Source: a virus
Taxonomy: Duplodnaviria; Caudoviricetes
Length of the DNA: 33,716 nucleotides
Virus record (IMG/VR): IMGVR_UViG_3300020045_006097
Coordinates: 1 to 33,716 of that record
Direction: 5' to 3' (one strand)
Positions 1-7,480 of this stretch are shown here, piece after piece (the first letter of the stretch is position 1; every line of letters starts with the position of its first letter). Both the position numbers and the translations under genes were made by a program. The notes under the pieces are model-generated. The model searched no databases. It was not told the origin of the DNA and saw nothing but the letters and a program-made list of their open reading frames with translations.

Positions 1-121
1 TCTCTGCGGTTTTTAGTTGGGATATGTTTAGGTTTCATAATTGTGAGTGATGTATTCTGCAGGAAATCTGCTTATTGTAGTAATCAGTACTACGGAGGAC
101 GTCATATTGGAACTGTAACTT
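1..121. repeat. Terminal direct repeat, left copy (121 bp); probably assembly circularisation overlap
   Basis: 1-121 is identical to 33596-33716. The TGA stop of ORF 35..496 overlaps the ATG (36-38 = 33631-33633) of ORF 33439..33633 across the junction. Confidence 0.97.
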
Positions 122-496
122 TGCTTCAGTGTAAGTGCAATCAGCCTTGGACATACAATATTGCAGAATTTCCCTGGTGAATTGATCAGTTCCATATTCA
201 CTAACATCCTTCAGTAAATCTTGTGATGAGCCGTAATATGTTTGCCAATCAGATTCAATTGTTGATTTGATTTTCTGTTTGCGTTTCTTGCCGTTTTTAA
301 GCGTGATAGTCTTATACTTCGTCTTTGCAAATCTGGCGAGCTTCTTACCAATGTACTTCTTCTTGGTTGGTGTGTGAGTGATAAGGTAGACAAATCCCGC
401 ACAATCAGGTAATGACGTGACGGGATTTCCTTGATATGTCCAGTTATTCAAGTGGAATTCCAAATGGGTTACTTGCACTTCCAGCTTGCGTTGCAT
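35..496 (-). CDS. GIY-YIG family endonuclease of the type common in T4-like phages; true start may be TTG at 451
   Basis: Motifs GFVYLIT...KKYIGKK, ESDWQTYYGSS, FTREIL, catalytic-type E in TYTEAKLQF, and YYN near the C-terminus. Confidence 0.85.
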   Translation of the reverse strand: MQRKLEVQVTHLEFHLNNWTYQGNPVTSLPDCAGFVYLITHTPTKKKYIGKKLARFAKTKYKTITLKNGKKRKQKIKSTIESDWQTYYGSSQDLLKDVSEYGTDQFTREILQYCMSKADCTYTEAKLQFQYDVLRSTDYYNKQISCRIHHSQL

Positions 497-773
497 CTAG
501 TTTTGCTTCATCTAGTGCACGTTTTGCCATTTGTTGATCTAGTACATCTAATTGCGGCTTCAAATCAGCAATAGTTTGCTCTAGTTTTTTAATGCGAAGC
601 ACCAAGCGGTAACGTATGTTTTTCAAGTCATTGCGATTTGCAGCTGAGTACTCACGTTGGTACTTGCGGTAATCTTCCCTGTACTTCTGCTGGTAGTTCA
701 AGCACTTACGGCGGTTGCGCTCACGTGCGATCTCTTCCTTAGTAAATTGAGGCTTAGGTTGCTTAGTTGCCAT
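444..773 (-). CDS. Basic-region/leucine-zipper-like coiled-coil protein (hypothetical)
   Basis: Basic RERNRRKC, then YRKYQREY, then five leucines spaced 7 apart (LKNIRYRLVLRIKKLEQTIADLKPQLDVL); GGAG SD-like site upstream. Confidence 0.7.
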   Translation of the reverse strand: MATKQPKPQFTKEEIARERNRRKCLNYQQKYREDYRKYQREYSAANRNDLKNIRYRLVLRIKKLEQTIADLKPQLDVLDQQMAKRALDEAKLDATQAGSASNPFGIPLE

Positions 774-1110
774 GAGTTACTCCATTACGTGGTGTGTAGT
801 GCAAATCACCAGATTCAATCTTTTCTGCATTAAGTGCAATCTGAGTAGTTAACTGAGCTGATTCATTTTGATAAGGAGCAAGCATTGAGTCGTACTTCAG
901 TTGGATGCGAGCCATAATGAGTTGTACTTCATCAAACCTACGTTGCAATCTAGTTGCTACCTTACGTGGGTCCTGCTCGTACTTGCGGTGATATTCCCGC
1001 TGATATTCCTGGTACTTCTCCTTGTTCTCAGCTTGCCACTTACGTGCACCTACCTTGCGCTTTTCCTGAGGTGTGAGTCCAATTAGGTCTGGGTTTAATT
1101 TATTAGCCAT
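763..1110 (-). CDS. Coiled-coil hypothetical protein, likely paralog of 444..773
   Basis: Shares E-x-Y-x-x-YQREY, a basic N-terminus and a 3-4 hydrophobic heptad pattern; first gene after the CATAAATA at 1138-1145. Confidence 0.7.
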   Translation of the reverse strand: MANKLNPDLIGLTPQEKRKVGARKWQAENKEKYQEYQREYHRKYEQDPRKVATRLQRRFDEVQLIMARIQLKYDSMLAPYQNESAQLTTQIALNAEKIESGDLHYTPRNGVTHGN

Positions 1111-1137
1111 ATTATGTGATAGTGATGTGAGCAGATG

Positions 1138-1145
1138 TATTTATG
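1138..1145 (-). promoter_or_regulatory. T4-like late promoter motif CATAAATA
   Basis: 27 nt upstream of the ATG at 1110; one of 11 boundary or intergenic copies. Confidence 0.6.
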
Positions 1146-1379
1146 CAAGATCCCATTTAGTTGTCTTGCTCAGTTAAGGTAATTTTATGGAATAGCTAGA
1201 TGGAGTGATAGAAATGCAGCTTATGAACGAAGTGAATTGCTGCATTTTATTGCTTTGGATAAGCGCAGCTGTGAAATGTAGGTATTACTTGATTAAATGG
1301 AATTTGATTTGCGGGATATGCACATTTCGTTTTGCAATCAAGTGGAGTACATCTGGCTGCGCAATCTGGCTGGTGCATT

Positions 1380-1820
1380 TCAATTGATATTCGTGCCTCA
1401 TATCAATTTCATTTACCAACCATCTTATTGCTACTTCGTATCAATTAAGTGAAAGCAGAAGTGAATTACAATCCAACACGATCCCCCCTAACGACCACTG
1501 AGGACAGGCCGGGCATCGTTGCCAGTTGATAAAGATAAAAGGTGATTTAAATTTGATTGATTTTTGTAGTTAAGATCAGTATGAATACTGCTACATCAGA
1601 AAGGTCCGTTGTTCAAAACACCTCCTGGGGACAGGTAGGCCACGGTTGCAAACTGAGCTTACAGGATTGATTGATTAGCTTTACGATCTCATTCACAAGA
1701 TCCATGCAAGAGTATTCTTCTTTAACATGCCGTCCTATTTCATACGGTTACTTAATCATCACCTGATGGCTGCCTCACCGCTAATGAAGTCGCAGGCCAC
1801 TTGAATGTTTTGATTGTCTA
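1380..1820 (-). ncRNA. Candidate large structured ncRNA (3' end uncertain, possibly to about 1150)
   Basis: No credible ORF in 1111-1898; CATAAATA at 1825-1832 directly upstream; successive hairpins, several with G-U pairs that work only on the minus strand. Confidence 0.45.
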
Positions 1821-1824
1821 CATC

Positions 1825-1832
1825 TATTTATG
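1825..1832 (-). promoter_or_regulatory. T4-like late promoter motif CATAAATA
   Basis: Intergenic; points into the long non-coding region. Confidence 0.55.
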
Positions 1833-1898
1833 CTTGAACTAAATACTTTATTAGGTCACCCTGATTGTATTTTACTATCGGTGTTTTTGACGTGATAG

Positions 1899-2135
1899 TT
1901 ATTTTCTATTGACAGCGTGACGTTCACGTGTCCAATAGTTTTTATCTGCAACGTAGATCCACTCTGACCATACTGACAGTGTTGGAATAGCACGTGCAGC
2001 TTTGGAGATCAATAGATTATGTGGATCAGACACAGTGTATGTGCGTGGCTTCTTAGCCTTGAGATACAAAGGTTTAATTGAAGCTTTACCTTTTGGAGGA
2101 CGGCTTGCACCCTTAGAGTAATTTGGTGAGCTCAT
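1899..2135 (-). CDS. Hypothetical basic protein
   Basis: ATGA-coupled to the upstream ORF; no recognisable motif. Confidence 0.55.
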   Translation of the reverse strand: MSSPNYSKGASRPPKGKASIKPLYLKAKKPRTYTVSDPHNLLISKAARAIPTLSVWSEWIYVADKNYWTRERHAVNRK

Positions 2136-2377
2136 TTTAGTACGTGCTTATTCCATACGGTGGCACCAATCTGACGAGTAGTGTAGCCAACCTTAGAGAG
2201 ATGCAACCCACCTTCTTTCTCTTCGTACTCACACGGCTCAGCATCTAGTGGACCGTAGAATTCTTTATAAGATAGGATTGGATCATTAGCTTCCATCCAA
2301 GTGGCGAGTTGAGCGGAGTCATCCGGTGTGGTACACATGAGGAACAGCTCATTATTCTTAAGCATTACGTGAATCAT
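2132..2377 (-). CDS. Hypothetical protein (start MIHVML at 2377 preferred over 2485)
   Basis: The shorter start removes the overlap with 2394..2630; stop is coupled to the next ATG. Confidence 0.55.
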   Translation of the reverse strand: MIHVMLKNNELFLMCTTPDDSAQLATWMEANDPILSYKEFYGPLDAEPCEYEEKEGGLHLSKVGYTTRQIGATVWNKHVLK

Positions 2378-2393
2378 TGATAGTTTTAGTTGA

Positions 2394-2630
2394 TTAGAGG
2401 GAAGTACCAAACATTTGGCACCAGACGATATATTGCTCATCAGTGAGTAAGAGTTCAAAGATGAAAGGAGCACACCCGAGTTCAAAGCGGGTGATTATGA
2501 TCCTATGATTGATCCTACTGAGATCGCTACTTGTTGTCACATCCACTGTGTACTCTGTAGCACGATTAGACGGAGCTGGAATAGTAGGGTTCTCAGTTAC
2601 CTGGAGAGGTGGAGGAGGTGGTGGCAGCAT
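2394..2630 (-). CDS. Hypothetical protein with N-terminal poly-proline run
   Basis: Fits the tiled minus-strand small-gene cluster; begins MLPPPPPP. Confidence 0.45.
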   Translation of the reverse strand: MLPPPPPPLQVTENPTIPAPSNRATEYTVDVTTSSDLSRINHRIIITRFELGCAPFIFELLLTDEQYIVWCQMFGTSL

Positions 2631-2799
2631 CTATAGACTCGTTTGCAATTAATTGCTGAAAGTCAACAAGTTGTTGCACTGGTCTATGAATGAAGACACA
2701 TGCCAGATGGTTACACTCCCGCCAAAACAAGAGCTCTTTGAATTCGTTGAGTGTAGCGGGGTATAAGTGAACATAGTGATTACGAAGCTCTGCGTGCAT
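2593..2799 (-). CDS. Hypothetical protein (start MHAELR at 2799 preferred)
   Basis: Tiles with neighbouring ORFs; no motif. Confidence 0.45.
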   Translation of the reverse strand: MHAELRNHYVHLYPATLNEFKELLFWRECNHLACVFIHRPVQQLVDFQQLIANESIDAATTSSTSPGN

Positions 2800-3130
2800 A
2801 TTTGTACAGCTTAACAACGCTGAAACTGATTGCAACCGCACTGAAATATCCAATGACAAAACTGCCAATACCGCATGTTAAAGTCAGTAAGGCAGTCATT
2901 AGTGCAACTAGATCGGTATAAGATGTTGATGAAAGTGCCCGAGTCAAACTGAGGTGTTGATGTTCAGCTTGGTCTCGGGAATTTCTTTCACAACGAAAAA
3001 GGCGACTTGCGTGAAGTGGTGAACATAGCGGTGCACGGTTCTCTGACAGTTCATAGTGTTTGTCGCTCTCTTTTAAATATCTACGTTTTAGATATTGGGC
3101 AAAAGAGGTGACGTTAGGAGATGGTAGCAT
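2780..3130 (-). CDS. Hypothetical membrane protein
   Basis: GAGGGG SD-like site before the ATG at 3130; long hydrophobic C-terminus LVALMTALLTLTCGIGSFVIGYFSAVAISFSVV. Confidence 0.45.
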   Translation of the reverse strand: MLPSPNVTSFAQYLKRRYLKESDKHYELSENRAPLCSPLHASRLFRCERNSRDQAEHQHLSLTRALSSTSYTDLVALMTALLTLTCGIGSFVIGYFSAVAISFSVVKLYKYARRAS

Positions 3131-3590
3131 TTTTATCCCCCTCATATGAAAATTCAGAAATCAGTTCAGTAGCAGTTGGGTTAAGCAGTGAGTCAACATA
3201 TTTGCTGACTTCTTTTGGTGCATCTGGATTCTTAAGGAAGAATTTGTAAGCAAGACGGATCTGTTTGTCACTTAGTTCAACCGCTACTCTCCAAACCCAA
3301 CGATTGAATATACGACCATTTGCTTTTACTTCTTTTAGCTCTGGTACGCGGTGTGCAAAGATAAAGTAGTAATGATCTTGTTGGATGTCACGGTAGCAAT
3401 GAGATACTGCATTCTTGTCCTGACTCCATGAGTGATCAGATGGTTGAAACCTATTTTGGATGTGCTCAAACTTGAACACTCGCTCCATCTCATCTGTACG
3501 TGCATTCAATTCATCATAAACGGAATTGATCCGGATGAATAAAAGCATAAAATCTGCTTTTGCGATCTTTGGTTTTGTTGGAGTAGTCAT
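3114..3590 (-). CDS. Hypothetical protein (start MTTPTK at 3590)
   Basis: TAATG coupling with the stop of 3590..3790; globular-looking 158 aa. Confidence 0.65.
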   Translation of the reverse strand: MTTPTKPKIAKADFMLLFIRINSVYDELNARTDEMERVFKFEHIQNRFQPSDHSWSQDKNAVSHCYRDIQQDHYYFIFAHRVPELKEVKANGRIFNRWVWRVAVELSDKQIRLAYKFFLKNPDAPKEVSKYVDSLLNPTATELISEFSYEGDKNATIS

Positions 3591-3790
3591 TATTCTTCTT
3601 GAATGTTTGACCAAATATCGTTTTGGGTATCTCCATCAATGTGTTGAACAAATTTGGTTGGACGTTTTGCGAAAGCGCAAAAATAAGCAATGTCATGTGC
3701 AAGATAGTCTACGGTGTCGGTCTCAATTACATTGTAAGGTTTCTCGTTAATGATAATGACACGCATATTGTTAGAAATGGTGCCTTGCAT
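3590..3790 (-). CDS. Hypothetical protein
   Basis: Starts 1 nt after the stop of 3792..4100 and is coupled to the next gene. Confidence 0.55.
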   Translation of the reverse strand: MQGTISNNMRVIIINEKPYNVIETDTVDYLAHDIAYFCAFAKRPTKFVQHIDGDTQNDIWSNIQEE

Positions 3791-3791
3791 A

Positions 3792-4100
3792 TTAGTGGTC
3801 TTTCAACATTGTAAGCAAAGAAGGACGGCCAAAGTGCTTGAATAGTACCTTAGTGAATGCATCATCATCATCTTGGGAGGGGTTGGATTGGCTGGAGACT
3901 TGGTGAAGTGTCATGTTGGATGTGTTACCAACCATACAAGCTGGTACGATATTCCAGCCAGAGCGGAGACGGTTGCGAAGTGTGACGTGGTGAATACCAA
4001 ATACTTCGCCTAGTTCGGTTACTGTCATCACATATCCAGCAACTTCATACCAAATTGCGGGTGCTTTACCGTGCTTACCGAGTTCATTCATCTTGATCAT
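3792..4100 (-). CDS. Small helix-turn-helix DNA-binding protein, like the C-terminal module of phage homing endonucleases
   Basis: TVTELGEVFGIHHVTLRNRLRSGW pattern; AGGA SD upstream. Confidence 0.65.
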   Translation of the reverse strand: MIKMNELGKHGKAPAIWYEVAGYVMTVTELGEVFGIHHVTLRNRLRSGWNIVPACMVGNTSNMTLHQVSSQSNPSQDDDDAFTKVLFKHFGRPSLLTMLKDH

Positions 4101-4112
4101 ATGCTATTTCCT

Positions 4113-4149
4113 AAAAGTTAAGAGGTGGTAACCAAACGCTACCACCTCT
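4113..4149 (-). terminator. Probable intrinsic terminator of the structural operon
   Basis: Perfect 10-bp stem AGAGGTGGTA/TACCACCTCT (4121-4130 with 4140-4149), followed by TAACTTTT on the minus strand. Confidence 0.55.
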
Positions 4150-4156
4150 ATTTATG
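4149..4156 (-). promoter_or_regulatory. T4-like late promoter motif CATAAATA
   Basis: Intergenic, upstream of the 4100 gene cluster; abuts the hairpin's 5' arm. Confidence 0.6.
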
Positions 4157-4182
4157 TTGTAACACTGAATGGTATCAACTAT

Positions 4183-4356
4183 TTAGGTTTTATTTTCAAT
4201 CTTTAGCCATTTTCCCAGCGGACATTGAAGCCCACGGATCATGGTTTTAAGGTAAACAACGCAACCGCATTGGTTACAGAGCCCAACTGGGTTCTTTTCT
4301 GGACAGGCAGCGCAGATTGCTCTACGCTCTTCTACGAAAGTTGGATGTTCAGCCAT
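4183..4356 (-). CDS. Small Cys-rich (probably Zn-binding) protein, DUF6171-like; 57 aa, missing from the ORF track
   Basis: Translated by hand: MAEHPTFVEERRAICAACPEKNPVGLCNQCGCVVYLKTMIRGLQCPLGKWLKIENKT; TAATG-coupled to 4356..4598. Confidence 0.8.
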   Translation of the reverse strand: MAEHPTFVEERRAICAACPEKNPVGLCNQCGCVVYLKTMIRGLQCPLGKWLKIENKT

Positions 4357-4598
4357 TATGCTGCATTACTCCAAATCGTCGTAGGGGTGACCTGAGTAAG
4401 CACTACGAGTTTAGATGTTGCCGTATTGAAAAATGTAGAACCAAGCGGTACTCCTGCTTCAGATGGATTAGCAGCAAGACGACCAAGGAAGCGAGGAATA
4501 CGGTTGGAAAGCTCCTGCATGTTCTGATTGATGGTAGATTCTTTACTTTTCTGGCCGATTTCAAGTAAAGTTAGATTCCAGTTTGTAGTTTGTGTCAT
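4356..4598 (-). CDS. Small virion-associated protein, DUF2793-like N-terminus
   Basis: MTQTTNWNLTLLEIGQKSKESTINQNMQEL resembles the T-x-N-L-x-L...Q-x-x-K-x-x-T-x-N pattern found next to GTA-like tail genes. Confidence 0.55.
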   Translation of the reverse strand: MTQTTNWNLTLLEIGQKSKESTINQNMQELSNRIPRFLGRLAANPSEAGVPLGSTFFNTATSKLVVLTQVTPTTIWSNAA

Positions 4599-4601
4599 AG
4601 T

Positions 4602-5009
4602 TTATCCGTTAATGATGTTAATTGTTACTTGCTCACCTTGGTCTAAAGCACCTTGGATAAGATTATATACTTTGTCAAAAGCTACCTTTGACTGGCCGAT
4701 TGATTGTTCATCGCCTGCAACTGTATTGCCAGGTAAGATACAGCCTTCGGTATTATCAGCAGTATTACCTGGGTGAATACGAACACCTTGGTAGTCTGGC
4801 ACATTAACTAGCAGCGGAAGATCACGTTGGAAGTGAGGCGAATACGTAATCACTACTTGGTAAGTGCCAGCTGGGATTGCAGTACGTCCAAATATCTTGG
4901 TATCACGAGTGACATCTTCAAGAGTAAACGCTACGAATACTCCATCTGCAGTTAGCTTGCCAATTGTTGCAGTTCCCTTAGAAGGGGAACGAGTGAGAGT
5001 TAGTTTCAT
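4602..5009 (-). CDS. Putative endolysin/peptidoglycan peptidase, DUF5675-like
   Basis: TIGKL..DG, TLED, TAIPAGTY, and GVRIHPGNTADNTEGCILPG (His/Cys motif of the L,D-peptidase-like fold). Confidence 0.75.
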   Translation of the reverse strand: MKLTLTRSPSKGTATIGKLTADGVFVAFTLEDVTRDTKIFGRTAIPAGTYQVVITYSPHFQRDLPLLVNVPDYQGVRIHPGNTADNTEGCILPGNTVAGDEQSIGQSKVAFDKVYNLIQGALDQGEQVTINIING

Positions 5010-7477
5010 AGTATAGCGGGATATCCGCCTCCGATTAGAGTTGACATTTGTGTGACACTACCGCTAATATCTGCTTGTACTGAACCAAAGTCAGTTACTT
5101 GCATTGCTGCTGTGTAAGTGAATGTAGAATCTGTAGTTGTTCCCTTGCGCTTGATAGTAGCTCCAGATAGGATTGCGTATCCGTATCCAGCCCAATCTGC
5201 ATCATGTCCAATCTCAGTATAATCACGAAGATCGTTATTTGCACGTGGGCGCTCAATCCAAGTAAGAATCCAATCGTTATTTGCTTGACGAACCTTGGTT
5301 AACAAGGCGGGAGCAAACGGGCGAAGATTTAGTCCATACGGTTGAATATCAACTGCCGTAACCTTGCTGATGTCTGAGCCAATAGTGACTGTCTTACTCT
5401 TTACAGTCTTTCCTAGATCAGCAAGAGTTAATGGAATATCAACAAGTGCAGAATCAAGGACTACGAATAGTTCATTGACTACGTGTGTGCCACAGTTCAC
5501 TTCAGATCCAGCACGTCCACGAAGCAAGCGTGACAGTGTGTAAGTGTTGGTTCCGGTCAGCGTTGCATTTGCGAATCCAATCACTTCTTGACCAATCATG
5601 CACCAGTTTTCACCATTTTGCACAGCGATATCAGATTTGCTGATTAGCGAACCTTGCTTTAACTGAACAGAAATAGTAGTCGTAGTATCCCAGATATGGT
5701 AGTTACTAGGTGCAGGAACTGTTGCGCTAACGATGCCAAAAGTAGCAAGGGCGCTTCCTGAAGCAAGGATAGAGTAGCTACTACCCCCATCCACACTCCG
5801 GTACACGTCAGCACCAGGCCAACCAGCACGAGCATAACCATGAATAAGCGCTTTAATACGGGGTGTTGCTGCGTCGGAGTCATTTAGTGGAGGTACTTCC
5901 AAGAATAAGCATTGTGAATAACCAATTGTAGTAACGACTTGTGTTGGCTGCTCAGGAGGAACTGCTGCACCTTGACCTGATGCAACGTACGAATATGCAT
6001 TGTAGTCAGAGCGAGTAGTTGTGAATTCAAGCAAGCCATCACTGGTCTCGTTGATTTCAATGATCCGCACTTGAGTGGATCCACCTGAATCAAGTGGAAT
6101 AGTGATTACGTCAGCTGGTTCTAAGTCTACGTTGTGGTAGTCAGTTGTGAATACGTACTGCTGTTGCTCAATATGTGAATTGATAAGGACAGTTTCTGTA
6201 ATTGTTTTCGCTTGCGCATCGGTGAGAGTAAACGGCACGTCAATTGAGCTATCCTGACCAGCAGTGAAGGTTTCAAGAGTTGAAGTCTGAGTGAACACAT
6301 TCTGATCAATTGCTTCGCTGTAATACTTTAGAGTTACGCTGCGTGGAAGGTCAATACCTTGAATACGCTTTGCAGCATATTTTGTTCCAGCATTTGCACC
6401 ATCAGCTTGCATGTGACCTAAGTCATCAGTTGTAAGCGAACGCACAGTAGATTGGTACTTCGGAATGAACTTAACTACTGCACCACTTGATACGATATCA
6501 AATTGGTATGCAAGAGCGAGCTGATTGAGAACAGTACGGATATTGATAGTGCCAGCAATTGTGAAGTTGAGCGGAGTAGACGGAAGCAGTGATACATCAA
6601 TCATAGTTGAATTGAATCCACCATATTCCATTAGTGAACTAACAACAACTGGCAATGTAGTAGCTGGCAAAGTGCCTGCATAAGCTGGGGAACCAGTGTA
6701 GCGTGAGTCAGCCTGACCATCTCCACCGCCATCACCTATGATTGCATCTACAATTGCTGAACCAGCCCAGATTACACCTGCACCAATTGCAAGCGCACCA
6801 AGCCAATCACCAACTGTAGCTGTCTTCATCCAGTCAAATACGTTGTCCTTGAGTTGATCAAAGAAGCTTTGGTCTGCAGGATTACTGAATCCACCACCAG
6901 CTGAGAATAGTTCCCAATCTGTCTCCCAAGTGATACCAAAACCAGGTTCGTTATTATCGTTAGATGTAGTTGCAGTCTTGCTGATGTACATGTTACCATC
7001 AAAGCCACGCACTACGTCATTGGTGTAGTAGAAGTATGCATCTGTCCAATCACCTGACCAACGCAAGCGACGTACTTCACCAAATACTTCCCAGTTAGAT
7101 TCCCAGTCAAGACCAATCCCTGGTTCATTATTTGTGTCTGCTGTATGAGGAACGATACAAACATATACTACATCTTTGTACTTAACAATAGACGTAGTTA
7201 CAGGAGTACCACTTTCAAAGAAGTACTCTGTTCCAGTAGTCCATGCACCAAGATACTTGAGACCTGATCCAGACGCACCTGCTGGGCCAGCGGGACCTGC
7301 GGGACCAGGAGATGGGCAGCAAACTGTAACTGTAGTTACACCGCCATTTGGAGGAATGATAGTTGTAGTGCTACCCTCGCAATACTCGTACTTGAGCGCT
7401 GGAGAGAGTAGAGGGGTTGGAGTAGGCGCTGCAAACGTCCCCTTCGTTCGTGCTGGGGGGATTGGACAAATACTCAT
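5006..7477 (-). CDS. Central tail-tip/host-specificity protein, C-terminal part (RcGTA g15-like phage-tail domain) with N-terminal carbohydrate-binding-like repeats
   Basis: DLPRSVTLKYY, DLEPADVI, GWPGADVYRS, GQEVIGFANA..GTNTYTLSRLLRGRAGSE; two W..GxxY...VxY/F...YxS/C...EPG...W repeats and a short GPA collagen linker at the N-terminus. Confidence 0.85.
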   Translation of the reverse strand: MSICPIPPARTKGTFAAPTPTPLLSPALKYEYCEGSTTTIIPPNGGVTTVTVCCPSPGPAGPAGPAGASGSGLKYLGAWTTGTEYFFESGTPVTTSIVKYKDVVYVCIVPHTADTNNEPGIGLDWESNWEVFGEVRRLRWSGDWTDAYFYYTNDVVRGFDGNMYISKTATTSNDNNEPGFGITWETDWELFSAGGGFSNPADQSFFDQLKDNVFDWMKTATVGDWLGALAIGAGVIWAGSAIVDAIIGDGGGDGQADSRYTGSPAYAGTLPATTLPVVVSSLMEYGGFNSTMIDVSLLPSTPLNFTIAGTINIRTVLNQLALAYQFDIVSSGAVVKFIPKYQSTVRSLTTDDLGHMQADGANAGTKYAAKRIQGIDLPRSVTLKYYSEAIDQNVFTQTSTLETFTAGQDSSIDVPFTLTDAQAKTITETVLINSHIEQQQYVFTTDYHNVDLEPADVITIPLDSGGSTQVRIIEINETSDGLLEFTTTRSDYNAYSYVASGQGAAVPPEQPTQVVTTIGYSQCLFLEVPPLNDSDAATPRIKALIHGYARAGWPGADVYRSVDGGSSYSILASGSALATFGIVSATVPAPSNYHIWDTTTTISVQLKQGSLISKSDIAVQNGENWCMIGQEVIGFANATLTGTNTYTLSRLLRGRAGSEVNCGTHVVNELFVVLDSALVDIPLTLADLGKTVKSKTVTIGSDISKVTAVDIQPYGLNLRPFAPALLTKVRQANNDWILTWIERPRANNDLRDYTEIGHDADWAGYGYAILSGATIKRKGTTTDSTFTYTAAMQVTDFGSVQADISGSVTQMSTLIGGGYPAIL

Positions 7478-7480
7478 TAA

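Noticed and set aside
1-121. Biological terminal repeat
   Set aside because: It is an exact, odd-length overlap that cuts through coding sequence, typical of assembler k-mer circularisation. I used it only as evidence of completeness.
1460-1530. HDV-like (theta) ribozyme suggested by GCC-TGTCCTCAGT-GGT
   Set aside because: P1 is too short, the loop length is wrong, and I found no P2 partner or J4/2 motif. Hammerhead, twister and group I core motifs were also not found by eye.
1111-1898. Gene hidden by stop-codon recoding
   Set aside because: The minus-strand frames I checked after the promoter hit mixed stop types within about 30 codons, and all other genes read intact in the standard code.
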